NCBI RefSeq assembly: GCF_009914755.1
Contig: NC_060927.1
Length of the DNA stretch: 64,000 bases
Origin: the human T2T-CHM13v2.0 reference genome, Homo sapiens
Reading direction: 5' to 3' (one strand)
Shown: positions 30,701-44,766 of the stretch, in pieces
Layout: every line of letters starts with the position of its first letter
How positions within the stretch are numbered: position 1 is the stretch's first letter
Made by a program: the position numbers and the translations under genes
Notes under the pieces: model-generated
Told to the model about the DNA's origin: nothing
The model's input: the letters and a program-made list of their open reading frames with translations, nothing else
The model's database searches: none

Positions 30701-33339
30701 GAAAATGGACCTTGCCAAGTATAACTGCCGCAAACTAGACAGAGAACTGTATGAGACTTCTTATTGGCTCATAGACTTCTCTGTACACACTCTAAATGCA
30801 TGGTATGTAACTACTCCATCACTTGATAGGCATTCCAGGTGTGTAAACTAAATAAGATACATGGCAAGAAAAATTACCTGCTGAAGACAAAACAACAAAA
30901 ACAAAATAATCTGTATTTTTCCAAACTCAATATTCAATATTCAAGGGAGTATGGGTACTTGTGTATATATTTTATACTTGTCTACTTCTCTCCAGTAATA
31001 AGAATGATAGAAGTTGGCTCAGTTGATTAGTCAGAGGCTGTTGAACCAAGATGTAGGGTCGATCCTTCTGTGTAACAGTAATTCTCTCCAGCGAAAAGAG
31101 CTTTATAACAATATCTTTATATCTATTTACATTCTTAAACAGTGCTTCTCCCATTTCTTATCATATTTAATTCTCATTGTTAAGAGATTGTTAAGGCAGA
31201 ATACTTAGTATCCCATTCTATAGATGAGAAAATTGACACCCATGTAGCTTATGGAATTTTGTTCAAGGTGCTGTGAATTCCAGCTACTCTGGAAATTCAC
31301 TGCCTCAATGAAACTGGTCTAAATGTTGGTTAATAGCCTCTATTTATAGGTTGCTGATAGTAGGAATTATGAAAGCTGGACCTAAGGCTTCCTAATGTGA
31401 GGCTTTGGATAGGATTATCTGCTCTGAGCTCTTAGCCAGAAGGCCCCCATATTTATCAGTGTGCAACAATCTTGTTTTGACAGCGACAAAACCCAAGTAG
31501 TGTCACATACTCAGCTTAACAATTTTTCATTGGCTATGTAAGTAATTATGTTAATTTTATCATATTCTTATTGTTAAGTGGGACAGAACACCAGGGAGAT
31601 GTGTTGGTATTCAAAAAGGGACCTAGTGTGGGGTTGGGAGAAGAGCACTGCATAGAAACCATGCCATCTGCGTCCTGGACTTTTTCACAAAATAGTATAT
31701 CACATTGGGCAAATATACCACAATAGGCAAATCAGCTTCACAAAATGCAGTGTCCTAGTATGTGAGGTGAGACAGTTGGACAAGATGATTCAGGGAATTT
31801 TTCAAGCTCAACCAAACTATGTATTTATGAGAGGCTATGGGAAATCTGCATGCTAAAGATTATTAACTGCATTCTGAATAATTGCCTTTATACAGAATAA
31901 CGGAGAAAGATATCTGAGAAACTTGTTAATTGGAGGACAGTGTGAAGTAGAAGAATGAGCCTTTCTCTTTGTACTTTAGAAAACACAGGTTCAAATCCTG
32001 GCTGCATTTATAGCTGTGTGTCATGTAATGCGGAAAAGAATTCTACCATTCTACCTCCTATACCAGATTGCTCTGGAGATTAGACGGGCTCCTGTTTGTG
32101 TACATTTAGTAAACTTTAAGGATTGTACCAAATCAAAGTATCAGTTATTATTTTTGGTGTATAAAGGAATATAAATTACTTTTATGAAGAATTAAGAAAT
32201 GTATGGATTTGGGGTATAATAAGGTTTACACAGAAGAAGAGCTTTTTCACAAAATTCCCAGGAAAGCAGGGGGAAACTCACTTAGAAATCTAGAAGCCCA
32301 TTTTATATTATGACATTATCCAATTATCCCAGAGTATCATATACACAATTCCTTAGATAATCCATTTGTTGAAAGGACAGATATAAAATATAGGAGAATT
32401 AATGGTGAAGGGAAAAAATAGAAATACGGTGCTTCAGTGTGGTAGTTACATTAAATGATCAAAGGATGACAAGTTAATTGAATAAATGTCTTAGCCCCTT
32501 GAAATTTGTATAGGGAATTTATAAAACTAACATTTATTATATAGTCAGGACTGGGTTCTCGCTTTGATAATATGTGAACTCATTTAAACCTCACAACACT
32601 GCAATGTAGACATTTCAGTCTACAAAAACCAAAGGCCAGAAAGGTCAAGAAAATTGCCTAGCTTTTCGAACCCAGATCACCTTTTTCCTACTGTTTCACT
32701 AATTCTCTTACTATAATATGGCAGACCTTCTTTGATGTCTGAGTTAATAAATCTTCACATGACTTATGTTGTAAAGGCAAAATCTATCATTTGACTTGTC
32801 TCGGAAGGAAAGGAACTCAATTCTTTTCTTTCTCTCTCACCATAGTCTTAGTCTTCTCTGATATGTTCATTATGCCCATGGCATGAGGGTCTGACCCACA
32901 GTCCTCAGCTCTTAGGCCCCTTCCCCCTGCCCCACATTTTTCAAGGATCAGAACACATTCAAAAGAAGTGTTTTGGAAGACCTAGCATGTCACATGGGTT
33001 ATGCATTTTAAAGTAAAATATTACCTCTCCGGGCATTAAGGTATAAATAAACTAAATGTTCTATAATTGAGATTTTCTTTTCCGATTTAGTAAAGCTCAG
33101 ATCACAATCCTAACCCTAGTGCTTAAGAATAAAAAACAGGGCGTAATTTACTTTGTGAAGAATGTGATTTTTAGCTCATGGCAAAATTGAATAGAACGGC
33201 CTAATTGCTGTGATCTTTTTGTTCTTTCTGTTGGCTTTTTCCTTAGGGTTTTAGGGCATATTTCTCAATTTTAAAGCCAGTTTATGTAGTCCAAATACAA
33301 ACAGAAAATTTTATAAGAAAATTGTTTTTCTAAATTTTA

Positions 33340-33696
<357 letters not shown>

Positions 33697-35121
33697 GGAT
33701 GTTCATGTCTGGCAATATTGAGTTCCCCTTCATCAGTGCTGCTCAATACACAGATTTCGTTACAATATTCTTCCTGTGAAATGAATTTGTTTCAGTGCAG
33801 GCTTATCTGCGACTCCTATAAGAGTATTAGATATTAAAGACTCTTGTTATAGCACAACATTAATTCCAAAGTGGGTTAAAATAAGTTTTTTTTCAAGTGC
33901 CAAATCCAATCCCAACTAGAATAGATTCTTAAGAGTCATAGACCACCACCATACTGCCTGCTCTCTCACCATTCATAAGTAATTACTCTCTTCTCTGCGT
34001 TCCCATCATTCATTACTCGTGCCTCAATGATAGCAATTTGTCATGCCCTTTGCCTCGAATCAGTTGTTAATAGTTGTGTCCACCTGTCTCACTGCATTGA
34101 GAACCTTTGAGGGCAAGGATGGCATCTTTATCTTCCATCTCTTCCTCTGTACCTGCCAGGCTGTTGAACACTTTGTTCCATTCTTTAGGCTTTCTGCAAT
34201 ATTAGAGTAAGTGAGGAGGCAGCTCTGCTCTTTAGAGAGGCATATAAGAAGTTTGTTTAAAGAGAGTTTATAAGAAAACTGAGGCAATAGATGCAAAAAG
34301 TTATGCTCCAAAAGATTAACAAAAAAAGTTGAAATTATTTCACTGAATTTTCAGTTCTGTGTTTCATAGCTGTCATCTTCAGGGGTAGGGGGGTGTGTCA
34401 TGACATCAAAAAAGTACAGTTTAGAGATTTGATGCTATCTATTAAATTGTTTCAAAACGTTTCCTATCTATCAGGAAAACTTTCATCTGTAAAAGAGGAA
34501 TTTTGATTCTAATTGAAAAATCACAGTCATAGGGGTGGGATGCTGTTAAGCTTGAGATTATTTTCAGTCTGTTTCAAAACACACATTACATGCAGATACA
34601 AATATAGACTTAGATTAAGATATAGACAAAGGACATTAGAAAGACCAAGAGAAATGTTAATAAAAAGTTCATGTCTCACAGGAAGGCAGAGCTGTTGGAA
34701 GGTTATCTAGTATAGGGTCATTAGAACTACCAAGGTAAAATGATATCTTCACTTGCAAAGCAAACCCAAAAGTACTGCCATCATTTGGGAAGCAATCTTG
34801 ATGACCAGAATCAAGGTAGAGAATAAGTTTTTATTCCATAATTAAGTTAGGCAATAGCAGTATTCTGAGTTCAGATAATGGCACTGGCATTTCAAGAGAA
34901 ATTGGCTGAGTCATAGCCCTGCTCCTTTACTGTACCACATTACCATTCTGTTGGGAACACCTACACTTGAGCTGTACTTCCCAACCTTTTTCACATCCCA
35001 GTTCATGTGGAAAATGATGGCATTCATTCAGCACACGGAGTAAGTGGATGAGATCTCTCCTGTCCTGTTCCTGAGGCAACCGCTCAGGAACTCTGGACAC
35101 CTCTGGTCCTTCCGAATCCTC

Positions 35122-35131
35122 CCAAATATGG
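35122..35131. promoter_or_regulatory. Candidate CArG box (SRF site)
   Basis: CCAAATATGG is an exact CC(A/T)6GG match; function not shown. Confidence 0.3.
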
Positions 35132-37293
35132 TGCATCCGGAACCCACTTGAAACACACTGTGTGTTAACCTGCCAGTTGAGAAGTTCTAGACTGGAGAAT
35201 TGTTTTGCATGGTTAAATAGAAAAAAAAAAAACTTATTTTATATAAAGTACTTACCTGGACTTTATTAATTCATTAACTAACTGATATTTGTGGAGCATT
35301 AATTTTATGCAAGCATACTGTTGTAGATGCTTGGGATCCAACGACGAGTTTTCTCTTGTCCTATAGGAGTTTAGGAGACAAACTGTCTTAAGATCTTAAC
35401 ATGTTTTCTCTATTTATTTGCATGTAACTTGCAGATAGCAAGCCTGAATGTCTTCTTTCTATTTGAAATACAGTGTGTGTCTACCGATATACAGATTCCA
35501 TATAATGTGATGTAGCAGAGAGAGTCTCCATTGGACAGAGAATTAGGAGACCTTTATTGTAACTCCCAATCTGTCACTAGCTGTGTTCTCTATCTATACC
35601 TTAGTTTCTTGAATCCAGCAGTTGGACTAGAATCATGGTTTTCAGATAGTACAGGTTCCATCCCTTCATGCCCTTCAGCCAGAAGTGATTTTGGGCTCTT
35701 TAATATGTGCTTTTTTTGATAAATTGTTTCCCTGAAGAAAGGATTATGGGTGAATGGCCAAGTAAAAGAAGGTGAAAATTCCTGGGCTAGTGTAATCTCT
35801 AAAGACTTTTCAAGACTGAATGTCTTCTAACTCTCTCTTTTTTTCTTTTTGTTCTTATCTCAACAAGACCTAAACTATCTAGATCATGAGATGTCACTCC
35901 TTATCTTTCCAAGAGTCTTTCCTGTTTCACGATATTGTTTTTGTACCTAAAAAAGGTAAAGATGAATATAAGATCACATTTTAATTTTATAAAATGAAAA
36001 TGTTGTTAACATTTCCAAATGGCAGTAATCACTTTATAGTCTTCTGAATCTTCAATTACTTATGTAAATGAAGACTGTATATCTTGATTTTAAATACTCA
36101 AAATTGAACACTTACATATACCTATGTAATATGTAAATAATGGTAATATTCTTATTCTTTATCATCTCATTAGTAGTTCACGTTTATGTTATCTATATGC
36201 TTCATTTATATTCATATGATTCTTCAGCTCTTCTGCCTGTGAGTTACAAGTTATTTATACAATATCCAAAGATAGAAAAAAATACTACCCCATTGTATCT
36301 CTGACTTAAAAACGTTGCATTTGGGGGTTTTCTGTACAAAGTTGATTTGTGATTTAATTGTTAGTTTCACTGAGTTTTTTTGTTTTTAGTCACAATTGTA
36401 TTGCCAACATTTCAGAAAAATTTATAAGCTGTGACTTTTAGCAACAGAATCTGCTTTTTTCTGCTACTCTTACGTCCTTTCATTTTAACCATACTTTCAT
36501 TGGAGTAGCCTAAAACATTTTTTTATGGAAAAAAGTCCTCAAACAGTGCCTGTTGCAAAATGAATAAAATTTGGATTCTTCATTCAGCTTTGGCCAAAGG
36601 CCTTCCACAGCTCGTTACCAATTACTTACTGTGTGTCATGAACTTTGTAGTCCCTGGGCAAGGATGCTTACTATTGTGGTTACCGTAGATAGAGTGTACA
36701 ATAGGAATAGGAAGTATAAGAAGTATAAGGACTTCCTATACTTTCCCACAGGTGTTGATTGCAAGGACACTTCTTGATAACTAACTGTGTGCAAATCTGC
36801 TTCAGAATTTGTTTCCTAGGAAACACAACCTCAGACTATGGCTTCATGGGAGGAGAGAGGAGTGATTGCAGTTTAGTCATAGAGGTTGACATAAACCACT
36901 AAATCAAGTACATTGTGTTCAGTGTCATAGGGGAAGCATAATACAATCCTATGGGAGTGGAAGAAGTTACTTACTTTTCTTGGAATACAACAGAAAAAGA
37001 TTTAGGAAAGATTTTTCAGAAGAGGTGACATTTGAGTTTCACTTTGAAGAATGAGTAGGCATTCTCTAAGCAAAGTAGAATACAAGATAGTCTGGGCTGG
37101 TAAAAGAATGTTGCTTATTAAAGATGTGGCAGAAAGCTCAGTGTGGCAGCTGGGAGGAGGAGTCCATGGGACCACGATGGAGCTGGATCAGCAGTCCAGT
37201 CACAAAGCACGCTACTGATATTGAAGGTTCATAAGCTGGAAGGTGCTCTTTTCTTTTAAATCCCCAGCTATCAATGCTGGCAACCCTACTAGA

Positions 37294-37294
<1 letters not shown>

Positions 37295-37329
<35 letters not shown>

Positions 37330-37387
37330 AAAGAAAGAAAGAAAAAGAAAGAGAGAGAGAGAGAAAGAAAGAAAGAAAAAGAAAAAA
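37295..37387. repeat. Poly(A)/(GAAA)n/(GA)n purine tract
   Basis: ~32 A followed by GAAA and GA repeats. Confidence 0.92.
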
Positions 37388-40216
37388 GTGATTTGAATAG
37401 GCATATTTAGAGACATCCCTCTTTCACTTATTTGCTTAAAGACTTTCTTTTTTTTCAAAACCGATTTATTTGTCAACCATTTCATGTCATGGGTTCAGAT
37501 GAATCCAATATTTGTATGAAGCGTGCATCTTTTTGTCTGGCTTTAAAATAATCATCTATAACACAAAAATATCCCTCTATGATCCTTACAATTTTACCAT
37601 TAGCAATTTCTAGAATTATCAGTGGAGGCGCATAGTAAAGGTAATATAGTCCAGGTTTCTAGCAAATGAATGCCCCTTTCAAACCTCTGATAAGGGGTTA
37701 TCCAGTTGTTTTTGTATATTTCTGATAATGTAAACATGTATCTTTTTCTATTGTTGTTAATACTGATTTATCACAGATTAATACAATTACAGAGTTTGAA
37801 TTAATCATTTTTCAAATGAGAAAACTGAGATCGAAGGAATAAATTATTTACCCAATGTCATACAGCAGATTTTGACAAAGCCAGAAGGATAATTCATATT
37901 CTTCACCTAGCAACTTTCCTTTTTCATGGCCACATAATGAATTCCTTAGCTCCCTCTCTGCATTATTAGGAGTCAGGTAACTGGGGTACCAGTCCCACCT
38001 CTGCATCTCATGCTCTCCACAACTCAGGTCCAGCACATCCATTCTCAAAGTCTGCCTGCTCACCTGTGGAATGAGAGTCTGGACTAAGGGAACTCCCAGC
38101 CCCCTCCTCCTGACACTGTGAGTTTTTCCTTTCTCGAAGGCTACTGGTAGGCCCCACTGGAGACTGAAAGGGGAAGATTGCAGTAAAAGGCGCAGGCTGT
38201 CGAAGGATAACATGTACTTCTACATCATTCACTAGCCTAGGATGCCAGTCAACTTCATTCTTGGAACCTTTATTTTCCAATTTGCGGGCATTTTGCAATA
38301 GGCTGATTTTAATCACATTTTATACTTTTTTTCCTTTGTTGCAGAAATGTTTGTATTACCTGTTCTTTGAATGCAGCATCTGTAGACCACAAGGTCTTTC
38401 CATAGGAACTAAGCCTGTTATATTGCTGCTAGTTTTGAGTAAATGAGCTGAATCTTGCAGCCAAGCCTCAGTGCAAACAAAAACATTTTCTGGCCAAACA
38501 TTTTCTGGTTATTCAACTCCATTACAGGGCTGACTAAAAAAAAAAAAAAAAAAAGTAAAAACCCACAGAGGAGCAAAACATAAGTCCTGGGAAGACAATT
38601 TCCAGCCACATTAGCTCACATTGTCAGGGTAGAAAAGAAACAGGCCCTCATTCTTCAAACCATCATCATCTCCAAACTCTTACCCTGTGCTCTTCTGCTA
38701 TTTTAATTTCACCACTTCAAAATGGGAAAAACAAATAGGTTAATAGTTTCCATGCGTTTAGACTGTGACCAGAGGCATACGAAGCAATTTCAGAACCTCA
38801 GGCAACCACAGCTTTGAGGGAAGGATGATGATGGATTTACCAATTCATCTTGGGATGGATTCCAGAGTTAAGGGAGTCAGGCCAGCACTGTGCTGCCAGA
38901 GTGGGATATAAACAATATTCATTCTTTCATTCTTTTTGTACACATTCATCTCAGGCTTATTTCTATTTCAGACAGTATACTGGGTGCATTATAGGACAGA
39001 GAAATACATTCTTAAGACATAGTCTCTGCCCCTAATGAAATTAAAGTCTGGTAGAGGAAATAGACATAAGCACAAATAATTTAAATAAAGTGCACACTGA
39101 AAGTATTGTAAGCAAACCAAATAAAGTGCTCAGGAATGGGAGAGAAAGAAGCAATTCATTCCAAGTGGGACCATTGAGGAAGGCTTCACTGGGGAATGGC
39201 CTTCTAGCCTGTACCCTGAAAGGTCAAAATGGCAAATTGCGATACATCTAGGCATTAGCCAAGGCACAGAAGTATGGGAGTTTCACATAGGTTTGAACAA
39301 GAGTGAGTGGTCTGAGATGTTATGAGAACCATAAAGGAGGGTTGGATACCATGTAAAGAATAAGCTCTTTTTACATTGTGAAGCCATTAAGATTTTATTA
39401 TCCAGAAAGGTACTTGTATTTGATCACATCTGTGTTTGGAAAGAAAACTGGAAGTCATTGGAGACAGGGGCAAGGGGAGTATTATAAGAAGAGAGATACA
39501 AAGAAGCCAAATCATAGGTCATTGCTATAGGTTAGACATAAGGACACTAGTTACCTACGTACAGACACTTCTTGCTTCATAGCCATTTATATATCCTCAT
39601 GGTAAAAGAGCAGCTACCCCTGAATTTCCACATCCCATTCAGTTCTGCATCTTTCTAATAAGATCCACATCCCGGGTTTATTCCTGATTGTAAACTCAAT
39701 GAGTTAATCCAGATACCTCAGTTGTAATATAGCATTTTACATGTGAAACGTGGTTGTTTGCTAAGAGCATGGAATTAAAGGGCAGGATGGAAAGTTAACA
39801 GCCGATCTTTCTGAGACCTGACTCACTAACTGGTGTCTCTTTTAAGGGGTGCTATATATTTTTAAAGCTTAGAATATTTTTAAGGCCAGATAAATGTGTT
39901 TCTTAATTCACTTTTTCAAACCAGCTCCCTTGTACATTCAACATTTCTGTCAAGAGTTTGCAAACTCTAAACTTGGAGATGGTGTGTAAATCAAAGCTTT
40001 AAATGATCAGAAGCCTAATTGATTATGCTGAGTTCTGATTTGGGTTCTGCATTTAGCATGCTCTGTCTGAGTCATCTGACAGGCTATTCTGTAAAAAGTA
40101 GGGGTCTTAGTGATCGCACTATGGTCTAAGTGGTCACACTATGTCTTTGATAATGAATCAAGTTTTAGAAGTAATAGTGAAGCATTCCTCAATCGGTGAA
40201 CCAGAGTGGTATAGTT

Positions 40217-40420
40217 CAAGGGTCAACAAACTATGCCCATGGGTCAAATCCAGCCCATTGTCTGTTTTTTTTTGTAAATAAAGTATTACTGGAACACAAG
40301 CATGCCCATATGCTTGCATGCTATGACTGCTTTCCAGCTATAATAGCAAAGTTGACTTGTTACAACAAAGCCAGAAATATTTACTATATGGGACTTTAGA
40401 GAAAAGTTTGCCATCACCTA
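40217..40420. mobile_element. MER58A-like hAT DNA transposon
   Basis: CAAGGGTCAACAAACTATGCCCATGGGTCAAATCCAGCCC...AATATTTACTAT...GAAAAGTTTGCCATCACCT with degenerate terminal inverted repeats. Confidence 0.8.
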
Positions 40421-40779
40421 TGCTGTAGGAAACAAGGGAAGGAACAAGGATAGCAGTCAGAAAACACATGTCCTCAGTTCTGGACTTGCCACCTACTACC
40501 TGAGTAATACTAGAAAAGCCACTTGACCCATCTAATTGTGTTTCCTTCTCTCTATAACACACTTCTTTGGCCAGTTTGTTAGTTAATTGGCCGATAACAC
40601 TTGTTTTCTATTTGTAAGGACTGTATTAAAGCTGTAGATGTGGTTTGTAAATGGTGATAAATGCCTTCCTTAGAGTGGTGTGATAAGGACCTGAGACAAT
40701 CTGTTTTGTAAAGATGCCTGTCATGCAGTATGGACCCCCTTCTGTCCCAGTCTGACGTGGTTTCTGTTTCCTTCCCCAG

Positions 40780-40958
40780 AATACTCTGGAGCAGTGCAAT
40801 GTGTGTTCCAAGCCCATCATGGAGCGGATTCTCCGAGCCACCGGGAAGGCCTATCATCCTCACTGTTTCACCTGCGTGATGTGCCACCGCAGCCTGGATG
40901 GGATCCCATTCACTGTGGATGCTGGCGGGCTCATTCACTGCATTGAGGACTTCCACAA
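40780..40958 (+). CDS. LPP: LPP coding exon, LIM domain 2 (179 nt, phase 0 to phase 2)
   Basis: Translates NTLEQCNVCSKPIMERILRATGKAYHPHCFTCVMCHRSLDGIPFTVDAGGLIHCIEDFH(K), a CxxC..HxxCxxCxxC..CxxD LIM pattern; flanked by CAG| and |GTAGGC. Confidence 0.97.
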
Positions 40959-41819
40959 GTAGGCAACCTACTCTCTCGTCACCACCCTGCCAGTCCTTTT
41001 GGAGTCTGTTCTTACTGCTTGGCATCTGGGCATACATTCTTCTCTCTCAGAACTACAGAATTTCAGGATTTAGTGAGGCTTTTAAAAGAGCTTATTGATC
41101 CCCTCCTCCAATGCAAGAATTAATATCAGACAATCCATGCAGTCATCCAGCCTGGTCTCTGTGTCAAGGCTTCCCCAGAGCTTGTCCATTGCATCTCTGG
41201 GTAATTCTAATGACGAAAAAGCTGGCTCAGCTATAGTGTGTATGTGTTAGAAAGAAACAGGATCCTGGCCTAAATATGAACAAAATTTGTGACATTTGGC
41301 ATTGTTCAACTTATTTGAGCTCTTCAGTTTGGTCTTTAGATCAAACCCTCTCTAAAGCTCTCTCAGCTGTGATGACCCAGAGTTTTCTCAAGAGCTAATC
41401 TGTGCATCCCTGCCACTCTACTGATAGGGAGTTATGGTGGACAGACACAGAGAACCATTCAGTTTCTTTTACTAATGCAAGCCTCTCACATATTCAAAGG
41501 CAGTTTCATGCCATTGTCAACATATTGATGCCATTCCCTAGCCTTTTCTTCCACCCAAGTCTTCTCTTTCTCAAGTTATTTTTTAATAGAATTAATGAAT
41601 GCAAATTGTGTGTTCTTTTGAGGAGGATTAAAAAATGGTGCCTCAAGATCAAGGCCAGTTATTCATGGGCCCAAAATAATCTGTCCCCACTACTTCATTT
41701 ATCTCATTTTTAGGTCCTTCTTTCCTGTATTACAGCTGGGGTCTTTATGAAAATTAAGAAATTTAAACAGTTTTGTATTGTGCTTATTTTTATTTGACCA
41801 GTTTGTTACTTAATTATTC

Positions 41820-41921
41820 AATAACATTCATTTTATATATATGTTTATATATATACATAATAATATGTAAATATATTTTTATATATTTTATATATAAATA
41901 TATTTATTTATATACATGTAT
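41820..41921. repeat. AT-rich low-complexity tract
   Basis: (TA)n-like sequence next to an Alu tail. Confidence 0.85.
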
Positions 41922-42242
<321 letters not shown>

Positions 42243-43818
42243 TAAGAACTGTACTAAACCTATAGATATGATCTGTAAATGGTGGACTCAGGTTTCTGTA
42301 TGTGTTTGCTGGGCAGTGGCTTTGAAGACAGCCTTTGAGGCTATCAAAGAGATGAAGCTTGTATTGCTCACCAGGTTGGGTATCCATTCTATGGCTTCCA
42401 AGTGTGAAGTCTTCTGGGTTAATTCTCACCACTGTGTTGATTGTCAACAGCCAGGAAGCACTTACCCCAAGGAGTTTGGAGATCTGAGACTCATATTTTA
42501 AGAATGAATGTCCTAACCACTTTCCAAGTAGCAAAGAAAGTGAAAACCTCACCAAAAGACGTGAGGTTGAATGAATTAAAAAATCCCAGAGGCGGAAATT
42601 TGCAACCTGAATTAGACAAGGAAGGACTCACTTTTAAAGGGCAGTCACAGCATAAATTGTGCTTCACATTATTGATATTTTTAGCTTGTAATTACACATT
42701 GAAAAATCCCTGCGTCTTAAGGGAAGTGAAAAGATCTCAATGGGGAGTATGTTCTGTTACTGTTTCTCTCCTTTCTTAGACTTATCCTAATCCAAGAAAG
42801 ACTGATACTTATAATCGGAGCACACATGTTTCTGTGGCTAGAAAAGACTGATACATTACACCCCTCAATTAAAACAGGAAATCAATTTTGACAAATGCCA
42901 ATTTATATCTATGCCATTTATCTTTCATGTCTAGGGGTAGGGAGCATAATTAGAGACTGGTGACTGATGACATCAGTTTGTGGGTCTGAAAGCTCCCAAA
43001 AAGCAGACTTGAGCAACTAAAAGGGGGAAAAAAATTAAAACCCCCAGATAACCTTCCCCACTCGTTCAATGCATGTTAAAACATAAATTAAAAATGATAA
43101 TAATGTTGTCTTCATGATTGGCAGGTATGTAGGGAGAGAAGTTTTTTGATCCTTTCTCCATTTCCTAAAGGAAAATAAGAAACTGTTTTATGGAACTCTT
43201 ATTTATAAGCCTTAAAATTACTAGAATACAAAGCAGCTGAAAGTCCAGCATAGGCTAATCACTGAAAGACCAAAGAGAGGGCAGACAAAGGGATATTCCT
43301 CCTCCAGACAGTTTTTGGGGCCTTGTTTGTGGTCCTTTTGAATGGGTCTCCTTTTGTGGACCTTTAGAAAATGCATGTTAATTCAGTTCAACTCACATTT
43401 ATAAAGAACCCTCTGTGTGCCAATTGTTGCATTAAATGCTGAAGGAGAGAGATACAAGGAGAGAAATTGTGCAGATATATATAGAGAAGTCACTGTCAGC
43501 AAGGAGCTTGCCAGGAGGAGGGCAGAGAAAGTGTGCAGACAGGGAGAAAGGGCTGAACTCCATGAGACAGGCACAGGTAAGGGCTTGCACTGTCAAAGTC
43601 AGATCACCTGGCTCTGTGGTCAGAATAGGCTTTGTGGACGGAGAATGTCAAGAGTGTTTTAAGTGGGAAACAAGGAGATTCCTGGCAGAGGGAACAACTC
43701 AGGCAAAAAGCAGAGGCACAGAGTTAGTAAAGGGTTCTCTGTGTTCAGGGAGATTTGCTTTGCTGTAACTAGAGCAGCCTGGGAGTAGAGATTACCTTGA
43801 GATACAGGAGACCCATAA

Positions 43819-44170
<352 letters not shown>

Positions 44171-44188
44171 TTAGTCTGCGTTTTAAAC

Positions 44189-44335
44189 CAGTGCTTCCCA
44201 AACTTTAATGTGCCTGTAATCCACAGAGGGATCTTGTTAAACTTTGGATTTTAATTCAGGTCTGGAGTGGGGCCTAAGATTCTGGATTTCTGTCAAGCTC
44301 CCAGGTGCCCATGGCCTGCACTTTGTGTAACAAGG
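44189..44335. mobile_element. MER5A-like DNA transposon
   Basis: CAGTGCTTCCCAAACTTTAATGTGC...GGATCTTGTTAAA...GTGGGGCCTAAGATTCTG...CAAGCTCCCAGGTG. Confidence 0.8.
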
Positions 44336-44709
44336 TTCTGGAATACTGTTTTTGAGAACTTGTTAATGGACCATCCTCTACATAAACACCTTTGGTCAAT
44401 GTTGACTCATATCCTCCAGCCTACTGGACATGCAATCTTCCACATATGTCATTTCAGATGACCGCTGCAACCACTGCAGTCTTCTGGAAGACTATCTCCC
44501 CTACCCTAACACACACGTACACATTTTCTCATTTCACCTAAATGGTTATCTTTAAAGGCCCAACTCAATTACCGTTTCCTGGAAGAAAACTTCTCTGATC
44601 TCCACCCCTCCCTTTTCTCAAGTTTAGATTTACATCTTAATCTCTGTGTTTTATAGAGTTTTATAAGTCTGCTGTAGATAGCACTTACCACAGTCTGACT
44701 GGTATAGAA

Positions 44710-44766
44710 ATATACATATGTGTGTGTGTGTATATACATATGTGTGTTTGTGTATATATATATATA
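44710..44766. repeat. (TG)n/(TA)n compound microsatellite
   Basis: Alternating purine-pyrimidine run. Confidence 0.85.

Noticed and set aside
36700-36745. Resemblance to an FRT site (TTCCTATACTTTC; AAGTATAAGGACTTC)
   Set aside because: Partial match lacking the two inverted arms around an 8-bp spacer, in locally repetitive sequence with no vector context; most likely chance.
40579-41037. 152-aa antisense ORF over the LIM2 exon
   Set aside because: Shadow of the coding exon; no recognisable domain.
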